Positions 8,326 to 18,295 of a DNA stretch of 32,000 nt are shown in pieces. The stretch lies in NCBI GenBank assembly GCA_900234795.1, contig LT962688.1, forward strand, positions 30,001-62,000. Direction: 5' to 3'. How positions within the stretch are numbered: position 1 is the stretch's first letter; the number at the start of each line of letters is the position of its first letter. The position numbers were made by a program, and so were the translations under genes. Below the pieces are notes generated by a model. The model saw only the letters and a program-made list of their open reading frames with translations, was not told where the DNA came from and searched no databases. Origin of the DNA: Methylorubrum extorquens (lineage in GTDB: Bacteria; Pseudomonadota; Alphaproteobacteria; Rhizobiales; Beijerinckiaceae).

Positions 8326-10394
8326 TCAGAAGACCTGCGCCCCGCTCTCGTTCCGCTTCGGCGCGCCCGGCACGCCGGCCTCCGTATCCGCCCGGTCGGC
8401 CGCGCGCTTGTCGAGCGCCCGCTCCACCACCTTGGCGAGCCCGACCATGATCTTGTCGAGCTCGTAGTCCTTCGGCGTGTAGACGGCGGTGACGCCCATG
8501 TTCTTGAGCACCAGCTCGTCCTCGGTCGAGATGATGCCGCCGACGACGACCGGCACGTGATCGAGCCCGGCCTCGCGCAGCTTGGCCTTCACCTCGCGCA
8601 CTAGGGGGACGTGGCTGCCCGACAGCACCGAGATGCCGATGACGTGGGCGCCGCGTTCCTTTGCCTTGGCGACGATCTCGGTCGGCGTCTGGCGGATGCC
8701 GTCATAGGTCACGTCGAAGCCGACATCGCGGGCGCGCAAAGCGATCTGCTCGGCGCCATTGGAATGGCCGTCGAGGCCCGGCTTGCCGACCACGAGGCGA
8801 GGCGTCTCGCCGAGCCGTTCGCCGAGATCGGCGATGAGCAGGCGGGCATCCTCCGCGGCCCCGGAGGTAACGGTCTGCAGCGTCACGCCCGTGGGCGCGC
8901 GGTATTCGCCGAACACCTCGCGTAGGCGCTGGCCCCACTCGCCCGTCGTCACGCCTGCCTTCGCCGCGGCGATGGAGGGCGGCATGATGTTGGTGCCCGA
9001 GCGCGCGGCCTGTTCCAGATCCGCGAGCGCCTGTCCGACCGCGCGGTCGTCGCGCTTGGGAGCGCCATTCGCGGATGCGGGCCTCGGCCTCCATCTCCAC
9101 CGTCTCCGAGACGGTGAAGATCGCGCCGTCTCCGGCCGTCAGCGGAGAGGGGCTCGCCCTGCTGCCACTTGTTGACGCCGACGACGATCTGCTCGCCCTT
9201 CTCGATCGCCGAGATGCGCCGGGCATTCGACTCGACCAGCGCCCGCTTGAGTTCGCCCGCCTCGACCGCCGTGACCGCCCCGCCGATTTCGGCGATGCGC
9301 GTCAGCTCGGCCCGGGTCTGCTCCTTGAGCGCCTCGACACGGGCCTCGATCACCGTCGAGCCGTCGAAGATGTCGTCGTATTCCAGCAGGTCGGTCTCGA
9401 AGGCCAGAATCTGCTGCATCCGCATCGACCATTGCTGGTCCCACGGGCGCGGCAGGCCGAGCGCTTCGTTCCAGGCCGGAAGCTGCACCGCGCGGGCGCG
9501 GGCGCGCTTCGACAGCGTCACCGCCAGCATCTCGATGAGGATGCGGTGGACGTTGTTCTCGGGTTGCTGCTCCGTCAGCCCGAGGCTGTTGACCTGCACG
9601 CCGTAGCGGAAAATCCGCTTCTTGGCGTCGGTGATGCCGTAGCGCTCCTGGGCGATCTCGTCCCACAGCTCGGCGAACGCCCGCATCTTGCAGATCTCGG
9701 TGACGAACCGCATGCCGGCGTTCACGAAGAACGAGATCCGGCTGAAGACGTCGGAGAAGCTGGCCTCGTCGAAATCGGGATCGTCGCGCACCGTGTCGAG
9801 CACGGCGATGGCGATGGCCAGCGCGTAGGAGAGTTCCTGAACCGGCGTCGCTCCCGCCTCCTGCAGGTGGTAGGAGCAGACGTTCATCGGGTTCCACTTC
9901 GGCACGTTCTTGGTCGTGAACAGGATCACGTCCTTGGTGAGCCGAAGCGAAGGCGCGGGCGGGAACACGTAGGTGCCGCGCGAGAGATATTCCTTGATGA
10001 TGTCGTTCTGCGTGGTGCCCTGGAGTGCTGCGAGCGGTGCGCCCTGCTCCTCGGCCACCGCGAGATAGAGCGACAACAGCCACGGCGCCGTGGCGTTGAT
10101 CGTCATCGAGGTGTTCATCTGCGCCAGCGGGATCTGGTCGAACAGGGCCCGCATGTCGCCGAGATGCGCGATCGAGACGCCGACCTTGCCGACCTCGCCG
10201 CGGGCGAGTTCGTGATCCGGGTCGTAGCCGGTCTGCGTCGGCAGATCGAAGGCGACCGAGAGGCCGGTCTGACCCTTGGCCAGGTTGCCGCGATAGAGCT
10301 TGTTGGACTCCGCCGCCGTGGAATGCCCCGCATAGGTGCGGATGATCCACGGCTTGTCGCGCTTGACCTCGGCGACGCTCGCTTGCGCGCTCAT
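8326..10394 (-). pseudogene. ecm: Ethylmalonyl-CoA mutase (B12-dependent acyl-CoA mutase), reading frame broken twice as written
   Basis: ATG at 10394 (MSAQASVAEVKRDKPWIIRTYAGHS...) is preceded by GGGAG. The mutase barrel lies in track ORF 8949..11618. The linker SPLTAGDGAIFTVSETVEMEAEARIREWRS lies in ORF 8702..9226. The B12-binding domain lies in ORF 8326..8985. Frame switches occur at the G-runs 9149-9152 and 9058-9060. The span is 2069 nt, and 2069 minus 2 equals 689 codons. Confidence 0.85.
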
Positions 10395-10423
10395 CCCACT
10401 CGACTCCCTGTCCGATGCAATCG

Positions 10424-10439
10424 CGCGCCTTGAGGCGCG
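10424..10439. promoter_or_regulatory. Palindrome CGCGCC-TTGA-GGCGCG in the ecm/katA divergent spacer; candidate CcrR (TetR-type activator) site
   Basis: It has 6-bp perfect arms and lies at -337..-322 relative to the katA ATG (10761), 30 nt upstream of the ecm ATG. As I recall, the CcrR palindrome in M. extorquens AM1 was reported about 320-335 nt upstream of the katA start. Confidence 0.4.
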
Positions 10440-10760
10440 GCTATTGGCCGGCACCGTAGCGAAGCCGCTGCGTCGCGTCATCTGGGAGAAAGGTCGAGGG
10501 TGCGTGTCACAAGACCTGGAAAAACTTGATGTGGCGGTGAAGCGGATTTGTCGTTGGGTGGCCGCCTCCCGACACAACGCGAGCCCCCGGCGCCTTTCAA
10601 TTCCCCGTGATCGTTCAACCGCCTGGCGACAGATGCACCGCATCGTTGCAGAATCGGATGGCTCCAAGCTCGGCCTCACGCGTTGGGGCGGCAACGTTCG
10701 CACGGCGCAAAGCTGGTTGCGACGCCCGCCCGCAGAGGCATCGAGACGGAGAGACATGCG

Positions 10761-12233
10761 ATGGCAGACCAGGGCCCGCGCCTGACCACGGCCTTCGGAA
10801 ACCCGGTTTCCGATAATCAGAATTCGCTCACCGCCGGCTCGCGTGGGCCGGTTCTGATGCAGGACTACCACCTCATCGAGAAGATGGCCCATTTCAACCG
10901 GGAGCGGATCCCGGAGCGGGTGGTGCATGCCAAGGGCTACGGCGCCTACGGCACGTTCCGGCTCACCAAAAGCCTGTCCGAGTTCACCCGCGCCAAGGTA
11001 CTCACCGAGATTGGCAAGGACGTGCCGATGGTGGCGCGCTTCTCCACCGTCGGCGGCGAGTCCGGTTCGGCCGACACCGCCCGCGACCCCCGCGGCTTCG
11101 CCCTCAAGTTCTACACCGAGGAGGGCAACTGGGATCTCGTCGGCAACAACACCCCGATCTTCTTCGTGCGCGACGCGATCAAGTTCTCCGACTTCATCCG
11201 CACCCAGAAGCGTGATCCGCGCACCCATCTCAAGCCACATTGGCGCCGCTGGGACTTCTGGAGCCTGTCGCCGGAGGCGATCCATCAGGTGATGTTCCTG
11301 TACTCGGATCGCGGCACGCCGAAATCGGCGCGCTTCATGAACGGCTACGGCTCGCACACCTTTTCGCTGTGGAACGACCGGGGCGAGCGCCACTGGGTGA
11401 AGTTCCACTTCCACACCAAGCAGGGCATCCAGAACTTCTCGGCCGATGAGGCCGACGAGGTGGCGGGCAAGGATCCGGACTACTCCTCCGCCGACCTCTC
11501 CACCGCCATTGAGCAGGGCGACTTTCCAAAATGGAAGGCCTCCGTGCAGCTCATGCCGGAATTGGACGCCGACACCTACCGCATCAACCCGTTCGACCTG
11601 ACCAAGGTCTGGCCGCACGGCGACTATCCGCTGATCGAGATCGGCGAGATGGAGCTAAACCGCAATCCCGAGAACTACTTCGCCGAGATCGAGCAGTCTG
11701 CCTTCGAGCCCTCGAACGTGGTGCCCGGCATCGGTTTCTCGCCGGACAAGATGCTGCAGAACCGGGTGCTGTCCTATGCCGACGCCCACCGCTACCGGCT
11801 CGGCGTGAACTACCAGCAGATCCCGGTGAACCAGGGGAAAAACGCTGACGTTCAGACCTATCACCGCGACGGCGCCATGCGCACCGACGGCAATCACGGC
11901 GCCCAGGTCGATTACGAGCCGAACTCCTTCGGCGGTCCGAAACAGGACCCGTCCTTCAGCGAGCCGCCGCTTCGGATCCAGGGCGACGCCGGCCGCTACG
12001 GATGGCCGGGCGACGACGAGGATCTCTACGGTCAGCCCAAGCTGTTCTGGACCAAGGTGCTCGATGAGGGCGGCCGCAAGCGGCTCGTGGAGAACGTCGT
12101 CACCTCGATGGGCGACAGCCCGCGCCACATTCAGGAGCGGATGATCGCTCACTGGTTCAAGGTGCATGAGGATTTCGGGCGCGGTGTGGCCCAGGGGCTC
12201 GGCATCAATGCGGCACAGGTCGCCGCCGAATAG
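10761..12233 (+). CDS. katA: Monofunctional heme catalase
   Basis: 490 aa from ATG 10761 ([16 protein letters not shown]). It has the catalase active-site motif [15 protein letters not shown] and the proximal heme-ligand region [17 protein letters not shown]. Confidence 0.9.
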   Translation: MADQGPRLTTAFGNPVSDNQNSLTAGSRGPVLMQDYHLIEKMAHFNRERIPERVVHAKGYGAYGTFRLTKSLSEFTRAKVLTEIGKDVPMVARFSTVGGESGSADTARDPRGFALKFYTEEGNWDLVGNNTPIFFVRDAIKFSDFIRTQKRDPRTHLKPHWRRWDFWSLSPEAIHQVMFLYSDRGTPKSARFMNGYGSHTFSLWNDRGERHWVKFHFHTKQGIQNFSADEADEVAGKDPDYSSADLSTAIEQGDFPKWKASVQLMPELDADTYRINPFDLTKVWPHGDYPLIEIGEMELNRNPENYFAEIEQSAFEPSNVVPGIGFSPDKMLQNRVLSYADAHRYRLGVNYQQIPVNQGKNADVQTYHRDGAMRTDGNHGAQVDYEPNSFGGPKQDPSFSEPPLRIQGDAGRYGWPGDDEDLYGQPKLFWTKVLDEGGRKRLVENVVTSMGDSPRHIQERMIAHWFKVHEDFGRGVAQGLGINAAQVAAE

Positions 12234-12260
12234 TCATCTCAACATTATTTTGAATACAGG

Positions 12261-12290
12261 GGCATCGACGTTGGTCGGTGCCTATTTTTT
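12261..12290 (+). terminator. Rho-independent terminator after katA
   Basis: GGCATCGAC / GTTG / GTCGGTGCC forms a 9-bp stem with one G-U pair and a tetraloop. It is followed by TATTTTTT and lies 28 nt after the katA stop. Confidence 0.7.
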
Positions 12291-12413
12291 GTGCGGACGA
12301 GGCAAAGCCTTGCCTTTTAGACCACTTGGAAGGCTGGAAACATCGTGCTTATAGCGTCGGCCAAGGTCGCGCGGTTCGTCACGCGCGTGCCAGAACCAAC
12401 AGGGAGTGCCACG

Positions 12414-13712
12414 ATGGCTGCAAGCGCAGCACCGGCCTGGACCGGGCAGACGGCGGAAGCCAAGGACCTTTACGAGCTCGGCGAGATCCCCCCGCTCGGC
12501 CACGTGCCTGCCAAGATGTATGCCTGGGCGATCCGCCGCGAGCGCCACGGGCCGCCGGAGCAGTCGCACCAGCTCGAAGTGCTTCCCGTCTGGGAAATCG
12601 GCGACGACGAGGTGCTCGTCTACGTCATGGCCGCGGGCGTGAACTACAACGGCGTTTGGGCCGGCCTCGGCGAGCCGATCTCGCCCTTCGACGTGCACAA
12701 GGGCGAGTACCACATCGCCGGCTCGGACGCGTCGGGCATCGTCTGGAAGGTCGGCGCCAAGGTGAAGCGCTGGAAGGTCGGCGACGAAGTCATCGTCCAC
12801 TGTAATCAGGACGACGGCGACGACGAGGAGTGCAACGGCGGCGATCCGATGTTCTCGCCGACCCAGCGGATCTGGGGTTACGAGACCGGCGACGGTTCGT
12901 TCGCGCAGTTCTGCCGGGTGCAGTCGCGCCAGCTCATGGCCCGCCCCAAGCACCTGACCTGGGAAGAGGCCGCCTGCTACACGCTGACGCTCGCCACCGC
13001 CTACCGCATGCTGTTCGGCCACGCGCCGCACACCGTGCGTCCGGGCCAGAACGTGCTGATCTGGGGCGCCTCCGGCGGCCTCGGCGTGTTCGGCGTCCAG
13101 CTCTGCGCGGCCTCCGGCGCCAACGCCATCGCCGTGATCTCGGACGAGTCGAAGCGCGACTACGTGATGAGCCTCGGTGCGAAGGGCGTCATCAACCGCA
13201 AGGACTTCGACTGCTGGGGTCAGCTCCCGACCGTCAACAGCCCCGAATACAATACCTGGCTCAAGGAAGCCCGGAAGTTCGGCAAGGCGATCTGGGACAT
13301 CACCGGCAAGGGCAACGACGTCGACATCGTGTTCGAGCATCCCGGCGAGGCGACCTTCCCGGTCTCGACGCTGGTGGCCAAGCGCGGCGGCATGATCGTG
13401 TTCTGCGCCGGCACCACCGGCTTCAACATCACCTTCGACGCCCGCTACGTTTGGATGCGTCAGAAGCGCATCCAGGGCTCGCACTTCGCCCACCTCAAGC
13501 AGGCCTCGGCCGCCAACCAGTTCGTGATGGACCGGCGCGTCGATCCCTGCATGAGCGAGGTGTTCCCCTGGGACAAGATCCCGGCGGCACACACCAAGAT
13601 GTGGAAGAACCAGCACCCGCCGGGCAACATGGCGGTGCTCGTCAACTCCACCCGTGCGGGACTGCGCACGGTCGAGGACGTGATCGAGGCCGGCCCGCTC
13701 AAGGCGATGTGA
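12414..13712 (+). CDS. ccr: Crotonyl-CoA carboxylase/reductase
   Basis: 432 aa from ATG 12414, preceded by AGGGAG at 12401-12406. It is an MDR-superfamily enzyme with GASGGLG, and I recognise the full-length sequence as Ccr (MAASAAPAWTGQTAEAKDLYELGEIPPLGHVPAKMYAWAIR...). Confidence 0.92.
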   Translation: MAASAAPAWTGQTAEAKDLYELGEIPPLGHVPAKMYAWAIRRERHGPPEQSHQLEVLPVWEIGDDEVLVYVMAAGVNYNGVWAGLGEPISPFDVHKGEYHIAGSDASGIVWKVGAKVKRWKVGDEVIVHCNQDDGDDEECNGGDPMFSPTQRIWGYETGDGSFAQFCRVQSRQLMARPKHLTWEEAACYTLTLATAYRMLFGHAPHTVRPGQNVLIWGASGGLGVFGVQLCAASGANAIAVISDESKRDYVMSLGAKGVINRKDFDCWGQLPTVNSPEYNTWLKEARKFGKAIWDITGKGNDVDIVFEHPGEATFPVSTLVAKRGGMIVFCAGTTGFNITFDARYVWMRQKRIQGSHFAHLKQASAANQFVMDRRVDPCMSEVFPWDKIPAAHTKMWKNQHPPGNMAVLVNSTRAGLRTVEDVIEAGPLKAM

Positions 13713-13732
13713 GCCAGTCCACGTGACACGAC

Positions 13733-13770
13733 GAAGCCCGCGTATCCCGGTGGATGCGCGGGCTTCTTTC
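13733..13770 (+). terminator. Rho-independent terminator after ccr (shared with the convergent methyltransferase gene)
   Basis: GAAGCCCGCG / 14-nt loop / CGCGGGCTTC is followed by TTTCGTT. It lies between the stops at 13712 (+) and 13785 (-). Confidence 0.65.
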
Positions 13771-13784
13771 GTTCCGGGACGCGT

Positions 13785-14609
13785 TCAGCGCACCCGGTCG
13801 ATTGCCCGCTGCGGTGTGCCGATCGTGGTGTGGAACGGGCGTTCACCGCCTCCCTTCTCGAAGGCGACGATGCTGTCGAAGACGTGGATCGCGCCGATGC
13901 TCCGACCGATCTCCTGCGCACCCCGATCGTGATACCAAGCGTGCATGTCGTCGATGAACCCCTTCGTCATCTCTAGGAACGTGCCCCGGCGGCGATAGCC
14001 GCCCTCGTAGTCCCGCCAGTACGCGGTGTGCAGGTCCTCGGCGACGTAGAGACCGTCCGGCGCCAAGAGCGGAAACAGCGTCTCGAAGGTGACGCGTTGA
14101 TGGCTCGCGACGTGGCTGCCGTCGTCGAGGACGACGTCGACGCCACCCATCTCCTCGACGACGGATCGGAGGAAGGCGGGGTCGGCCTGCGAGCCGATAC
14201 GAACCTGCGCGGCGCGACCGTCGAACACCGCGCAGCGCGGATCGACATCGATGCCGTAGAGGATGGCGCTCGATCCGAAGAAGCGACGCCAGAGGTCGAG
14301 GGAGCCGCCCTCGTAGACGCCGATCTCAAGGAAGCGCAGCGGTTGCCCGTCCGGCCTGCCGTCGCGAAAGGGCGCGAACAGCCGGCTGTAGATTGGCAGG
14401 AAGTGGTTCCACTTGTTGATCAGGTGGTCGCCGTCATAGCCGTAGAATAGCTTCGAGAAGGCGTCGTCGCCCCGCGTCTTTACCTCGGCCAGATCGCGAT
14501 AGAAGTCGTTGGCCGGGCTGTTGCGAAATAATCCCGCCGATTTGGCGACGGACTTGAGTGCCCGCTTGATCTGCGGATGATTGTGCAGCGTTCGTCTGAG
14601 AAACGTCAT
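13785..14609 (-). CDS. Class I SAM-dependent methyltransferase (CmcI / cephalosporin-hydroxylase-like family)
   Basis: It has SAM motif I (FLEIGVYEGGS), DVVLDDGSH and LYVAEDLHTAYW. The start is uncertain: ATG at 14609 (MTFLRR) is preferred over ATG at 14657. Confidence 0.7.
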   Translation of the reverse strand: MTFLRRTLHNHPQIKRALKSVAKSAGLFRNSPANDFYRDLAEVKTRGDDAFSKLFYGYDGDHLINKWNHFLPIYSRLFAPFRDGRPDGQPLRFLEIGVYEGGSLDLWRRFFGSSAILYGIDVDPRCAVFDGRAAQVRIGSQADPAFLRSVVEEMGGVDVVLDDGSHVASHQRVTFETLFPLLAPDGLYVAEDLHTAYWRDYEGGYRRRGTFLEMTKGFIDDMHAWYHDRGAQEIGRSIGAIHVFDSIVAFEKGGGERPFHTTIGTPQRAIDRVR

Positions 14610-14720
14610 GCCGAGATGCGGCCCGTCGTGCTGTCCGAGGTCGCGGGCACGAAGCACGACCCGGCGCGGCTCGTAAAGCCGGCCGGATCGAACGAATGCG
14701 AGAGGCGACGCTGGCCGGGC

Positions 14721-15374
14721 TCAGGCCTCGCCGCGGGCGACGAGCGCCTCGTATTCCGGGACTTCGAGGCGGCCTTCCCTAGCGACGCGGGCCTTGTCTT
14801 CGTCGCTGATGACGTCGCCGGCAAGGTCGAGCCGCTTCCAGGCCGCGAGCGGCGTCTCACGGTCGGGGCGGGGGACGTACTTGTTCTGCTCGAGCTTCTT
14901 GTACTTGTGGATGTAGCGCGGGCAGTTGATCCAGATCTTCGTCACATCGACCCGTACGAGATACTTCGCCTCGGTGTACTCGGCCATCAGCGGATCGTCG
15001 CGCAGCAGCGAGGCGTGACCCTGGACGCGGATGCGGTGCGGCGTCTCGAAGTCGATGAACAGGAGGCCGATCTTGGCCTGCCCCGCGATGTTGCCCATCG
15101 AGTAGAACATCCCGTTGCCGTCGAAGCCGGGGAAGACCAGCGTCGAGCCGTCGACTACCTTCACGAAGCCGGTCGGGCCGCCCTTGTAGGAGACGGTCGG
15201 CATGCCGTCGGGATCGACGGTGGAGAGGAAGAACATGTCGCGCGAGGCGATGAAGGCGGCCTCGTCGGGTTGAATCGTCTCGTGAACCCAATCCTCATCG
15301 AGGCGCACGGCGAGCTTGGTCGTGCCGAATTCCTCCTGGAGGGCGCGGTGCGCCTCCGAGTAGAGCGATGCCAT
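14721..15374 (-). CDS. Pyridoxamine 5'-phosphate oxidase-family FMN-binding protein
   Basis: 217 aa from ATG 15374 (MASLYSEAHRALQEEFG), preceded by GGAGGAGA. The split-barrel pattern is FFLSTVDPDGMPTVSYKGG ... NGMFYSMGN. The upstream part of track ORF 14721..15881 is non-coding. Confidence 0.7.
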   Translation of the reverse strand: MASLYSEAHRALQEEFGTTKLAVRLDEDWVHETIQPDEAAFIASRDMFFLSTVDPDGMPTVSYKGGPTGFVKVVDGSTLVFPGFDGNGMFYSMGNIAGQAKIGLLFIDFETPHRIRVQGHASLLRDDPLMAEYTEAKYLVRVDVTKIWINCPRYIHKYKKLEQNKYVPRPDRETPLAAWKRLDLAGDVISDEDKARVAREGRLEVPEYEALVARGEA

Positions 15375-15502
15375 ATACGTCTCCTCCGGGGCCGATTGCT
15401 TCGGGCCTCCTGAGGGAGCGTTTAAGGCAAAGGTGCAAGGCCGCAAATGGGGCCGCGAAAAAGGCCGGTCACGCTCGCGCCAACCGGCCTCAGGCACCAC
15501 AA

Positions 15503-15529
15503 TGGAGGCCGAGCGAAGCCCGGCCTCCA
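15503..15529 (-). terminator. Stem-loop downstream of ilvC
   Basis: TGGAGGCCG / 9-nt loop / CGGCCTCCA forms a 9-bp perfect stem about 13 nt past the ilvC stop. The U-tract is weak. Confidence 0.4.
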
Positions 15530-15541
15530 CGTCCGAATAGA

Positions 15542-16594
<1,053 letters not shown>

Positions 16595-17242
16595 TCAGGG
16601 TTTCGCCCGGCCGTAGAGGGCCAGGAACTGCTCGACGGCACGGGCCGCGTCGCTCCGGATCTCGGCGGCGTCGAGGTCGAGCGCGTCGCCGAGAAGAAGT
16701 CGGATCTGAATATCGCGGCCGACCAGACCGAAGAAGGTCCGGAAGGCCGCCTCGCTGTCGTCGAAAGCGAGCAGGCCGGCCGCGCGGCCCGCTTCGAGCA
16801 CCGGCTTCACCCGCTCGCCGATGGCGAAGCGGCCATTGGCCAGCACGATGCCACCGAGATTGCTCTTCCGGGACCCCGCATCGGCGATGGCGATGCGGTT
16901 GAGCGCGACCGAAGTCGGGCTGGCAATGACCGCAAGCCAGCTCTCGGCGAAGTCGAGCAGGTTCTTGCGCAGGGCGACGGCATCCAGCCCGCTCACGTCG
17001 TAGCGGCCGGCATGGACCCGCGAGGCCTGCCAGCGGACCGTGGCGGTCAGCAGACCGTCGCGGTCGCCGAACCAGCGGTAGAGCGTCTCCTTCGAGCAGC
17101 TCGCCCGGCGCGCCACCGCATCCATGGTGAGCGGATCACGGCCATCGACCATCAGCGCCAACGCGGCATCCAGCACCGCCTGCTGACGCGGCGTGTGCGT
17201 CTCGGCCGAAAGCTCGTCGCTGATGAGGGGGCTCGGCTGCAT
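16595..17242 (-). CDS. TetR/AcrR family transcriptional regulator
   Basis: 215 aa with an N-terminal HTH (TMDAVARRASCSKETLYRWFGDRDGLL). It ends 33 nt upstream of ilvC on the same strand. Confidence 0.85.
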   Translation of the reverse strand: MQPSPLISDELSAETHTPRQQAVLDAALALMVDGRDPLTMDAVARRASCSKETLYRWFGDRDGLLTATVRWQASRVHAGRYDVSGLDAVALRKNLLDFAESWLAVIASPTSVALNRIAIADAGSRKSNLGGIVLANGRFAIGERVKPVLEAGRAAGLLAFDDSEAAFRTFFGLVGRDIQIRLLLGDALDLDAAEIRSDAARAVEQFLALYGRAKP

Positions 17243-17259
17243 GATCCGGTTGCTGGACA

Positions 17260-17278
17260 GTACCGTACCGTACGGTAC
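17260..17278. promoter_or_regulatory. Perfect 9-1-9 palindrome; candidate operator of the adjacent TetR regulator
   Basis: GTACCGTAC-C-GTACGGTAC lies 18-36 nt upstream of the TetR ATG (17242). Confidence 0.55.
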
Positions 17279-17465
17279 GCTCGTCTAACCGACCCGGCCG
17301 CCCGGGACAAGCGGGGTGGGGGACATCGTTCGATCCCACGCACCGTCACGTTTCTGTCGCCGCCTTGCGGAACCCGCTTGCCGAGCGCCCAGCCTCGGCG
17401 TATACGGCCCTCCGTCGCCACAGCGACGCCCGTGTCGCCCACCCGCGGCGGCACGTCGGGTGTTT

Positions 17466-17540
17466 GGGTGCGTAGCTCAGCGGGAGAGCATTCGCTTCAC
17501 ACGCGAAGGGTCACAGGTTCGATCCCTGTCGCGCCCACCA
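17466..17540 (+). tRNA. tRNA-Val (anticodon CAC)
   Basis: The cloverleaf was folded by hand. The acceptor is GGGTGCG/CGCGCCC, the D arm is GCTC..GAGC, the anticodon stem TTCGC/GCGAA carries loop TTCACAC, and the T arm is ACAGG TTCGATC CCTGT. An encoded CCA is present. Confidence 0.9.
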
Positions 17541-17678
17541 CCGCCCCTCCACGACAGTTCGGTCGTTCTCGGCACAGGCAGCATCCATGACGCCATCGGC
17601 AGGCATTTGACGCTTGCGCGTCTGCGTGGTGGGTTACGCGGCGATTCGCATCATTGGTGCGTTCGCGGAGACTGCCGG

Positions 17679-18234
17679 TTGCCGATCCTCGTCATCTTCA
17701 CCGCCGTCATCGTCAGCGTTTCGATCTGGCTTCTGCGGGCCCACTACACGGTGAAGCAGCTCAAAGAGATCGATCAGGACACCAAGGGGCTTCAGCGCAA
17801 GGCGAAGTCGGCCTTCGAGAACTTCGTCGGGACTCCGTTGCAGCGGGTGAACGACGTGCGGCTCGCCGCCGTCATCCTGATGATCCAGATCGTACGGACC
17901 GGCAGCCCGATCACGGCGTCCGAAAAGACCCGCATCTTCGAGCTCATGGAGAACCCGCTGGAGATCCAGACGATCTCCGCGTCCTTCGAGCGGGCGTGGC
18001 GCTACACGCAGGAGCGCCGCCCGTTCTCCCCTCGTCGCCGACCCGCTGTTGCCGCTGTTTCGCGAAAAGCTGACGGGCGAGGAGCGGATGCAACTCGTCG
18101 AGATGCTGACCAAGGTCGCCTCCGCCCATTCCGCACCGAGCGAGCTGCAGCGCGAGGCGCTGGCGCGGCTGAAGCGTCGGCTGATCGCCGGCAAGCCGGA
18201 ATTGGCGACAAGCCGCGCCGGCCACTTCGGCTAG
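17679..18234 (+). pseudogene. Membrane-anchored TerB-like (tellurite-resistance / DjlA N-domain-like) protein, frame broken once as written
   Basis: A TM helix (LPILVIFTAVIVSVSIWLL) and a helical domain lie in the frame of track ORF 17316..18416. The C-terminus (LLPLFREKLTGEERMQLVEMLTKVASAHSAPSELQREALARLKRRL) lies in the frame of ORF 18049..18234. The switch is at the C4 run 18028-18031, and 556 nt minus 1 equals 185 codons. The start is uncertain (TTG at 17679 or TTG at 17607). The family call is tentative. Confidence 0.5.
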
Positions 18235-18243
18235 AGCCGACCC

Positions 18244-18277
18244 TACGAAAACGAAAAAGGCCGCCCCGAAGGGCGGC
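18244..18277 (-). terminator. Rho-independent terminator after pccB
   Basis: GGCCGCCC / CGAA / GGGCGGCC (18258-18277) is followed on the minus strand by TTTTTCGTTTTCG. It also lies just 3' of the convergent TerB-like gene. Confidence 0.75.
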
Positions 18278-18295
18278 CCGCCGTGGGTCCCGCCG

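Noticed and set aside
9058-9152. Programmed +1 ribosomal frameshifting as the explanation for the ecm, pccB and TerB-like frame breaks
   Set aside because: There is no slippery or hungry-codon or stop-codon context of the prfB type, and no upstream SD-like stimulator. From my recollection, orthologues of these genes in related genomes are single uninterrupted ORFs. Sequencing error or mutation is far more likely.
10395-11618. The N-terminal 400+ codons of the 889-aa track ORF 8949..11618 (-)
   Set aside because: This part is antisense to the catalase gene and to the ecm-katA spacer, with low-complexity, Arg/Gly/Ala/Val-rich composition. The real ecm start, with an SD sequence, is at 10394.
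13785-15374. The methyltransferase plus PNPOx-family pair considered as a novel modification system
   Set aside because: The genes are separated by 111 nt, and both belong to very common families with host-like composition. Nothing in the sequence links them functionally.
16595-17242. Naming this TetR regulator CcrR
   Set aside because: I cannot verify the identity from sequence alone. Its own palindrome (GTACCGTAC-C-GTACGGTAC) is unrelated to the palindrome in the katA upstream region, and I do not recall ccrR being located here.
17316-17678. The 5' part of track ORF 17316..18416 (+), and its 3' tail from 18040 to 18416
   Set aside because: The 5' part reads straight through tRNA-Val. The 3' tail is the out-of-frame continuation after the C4-run frameshift and overlaps the pccB 3' end.
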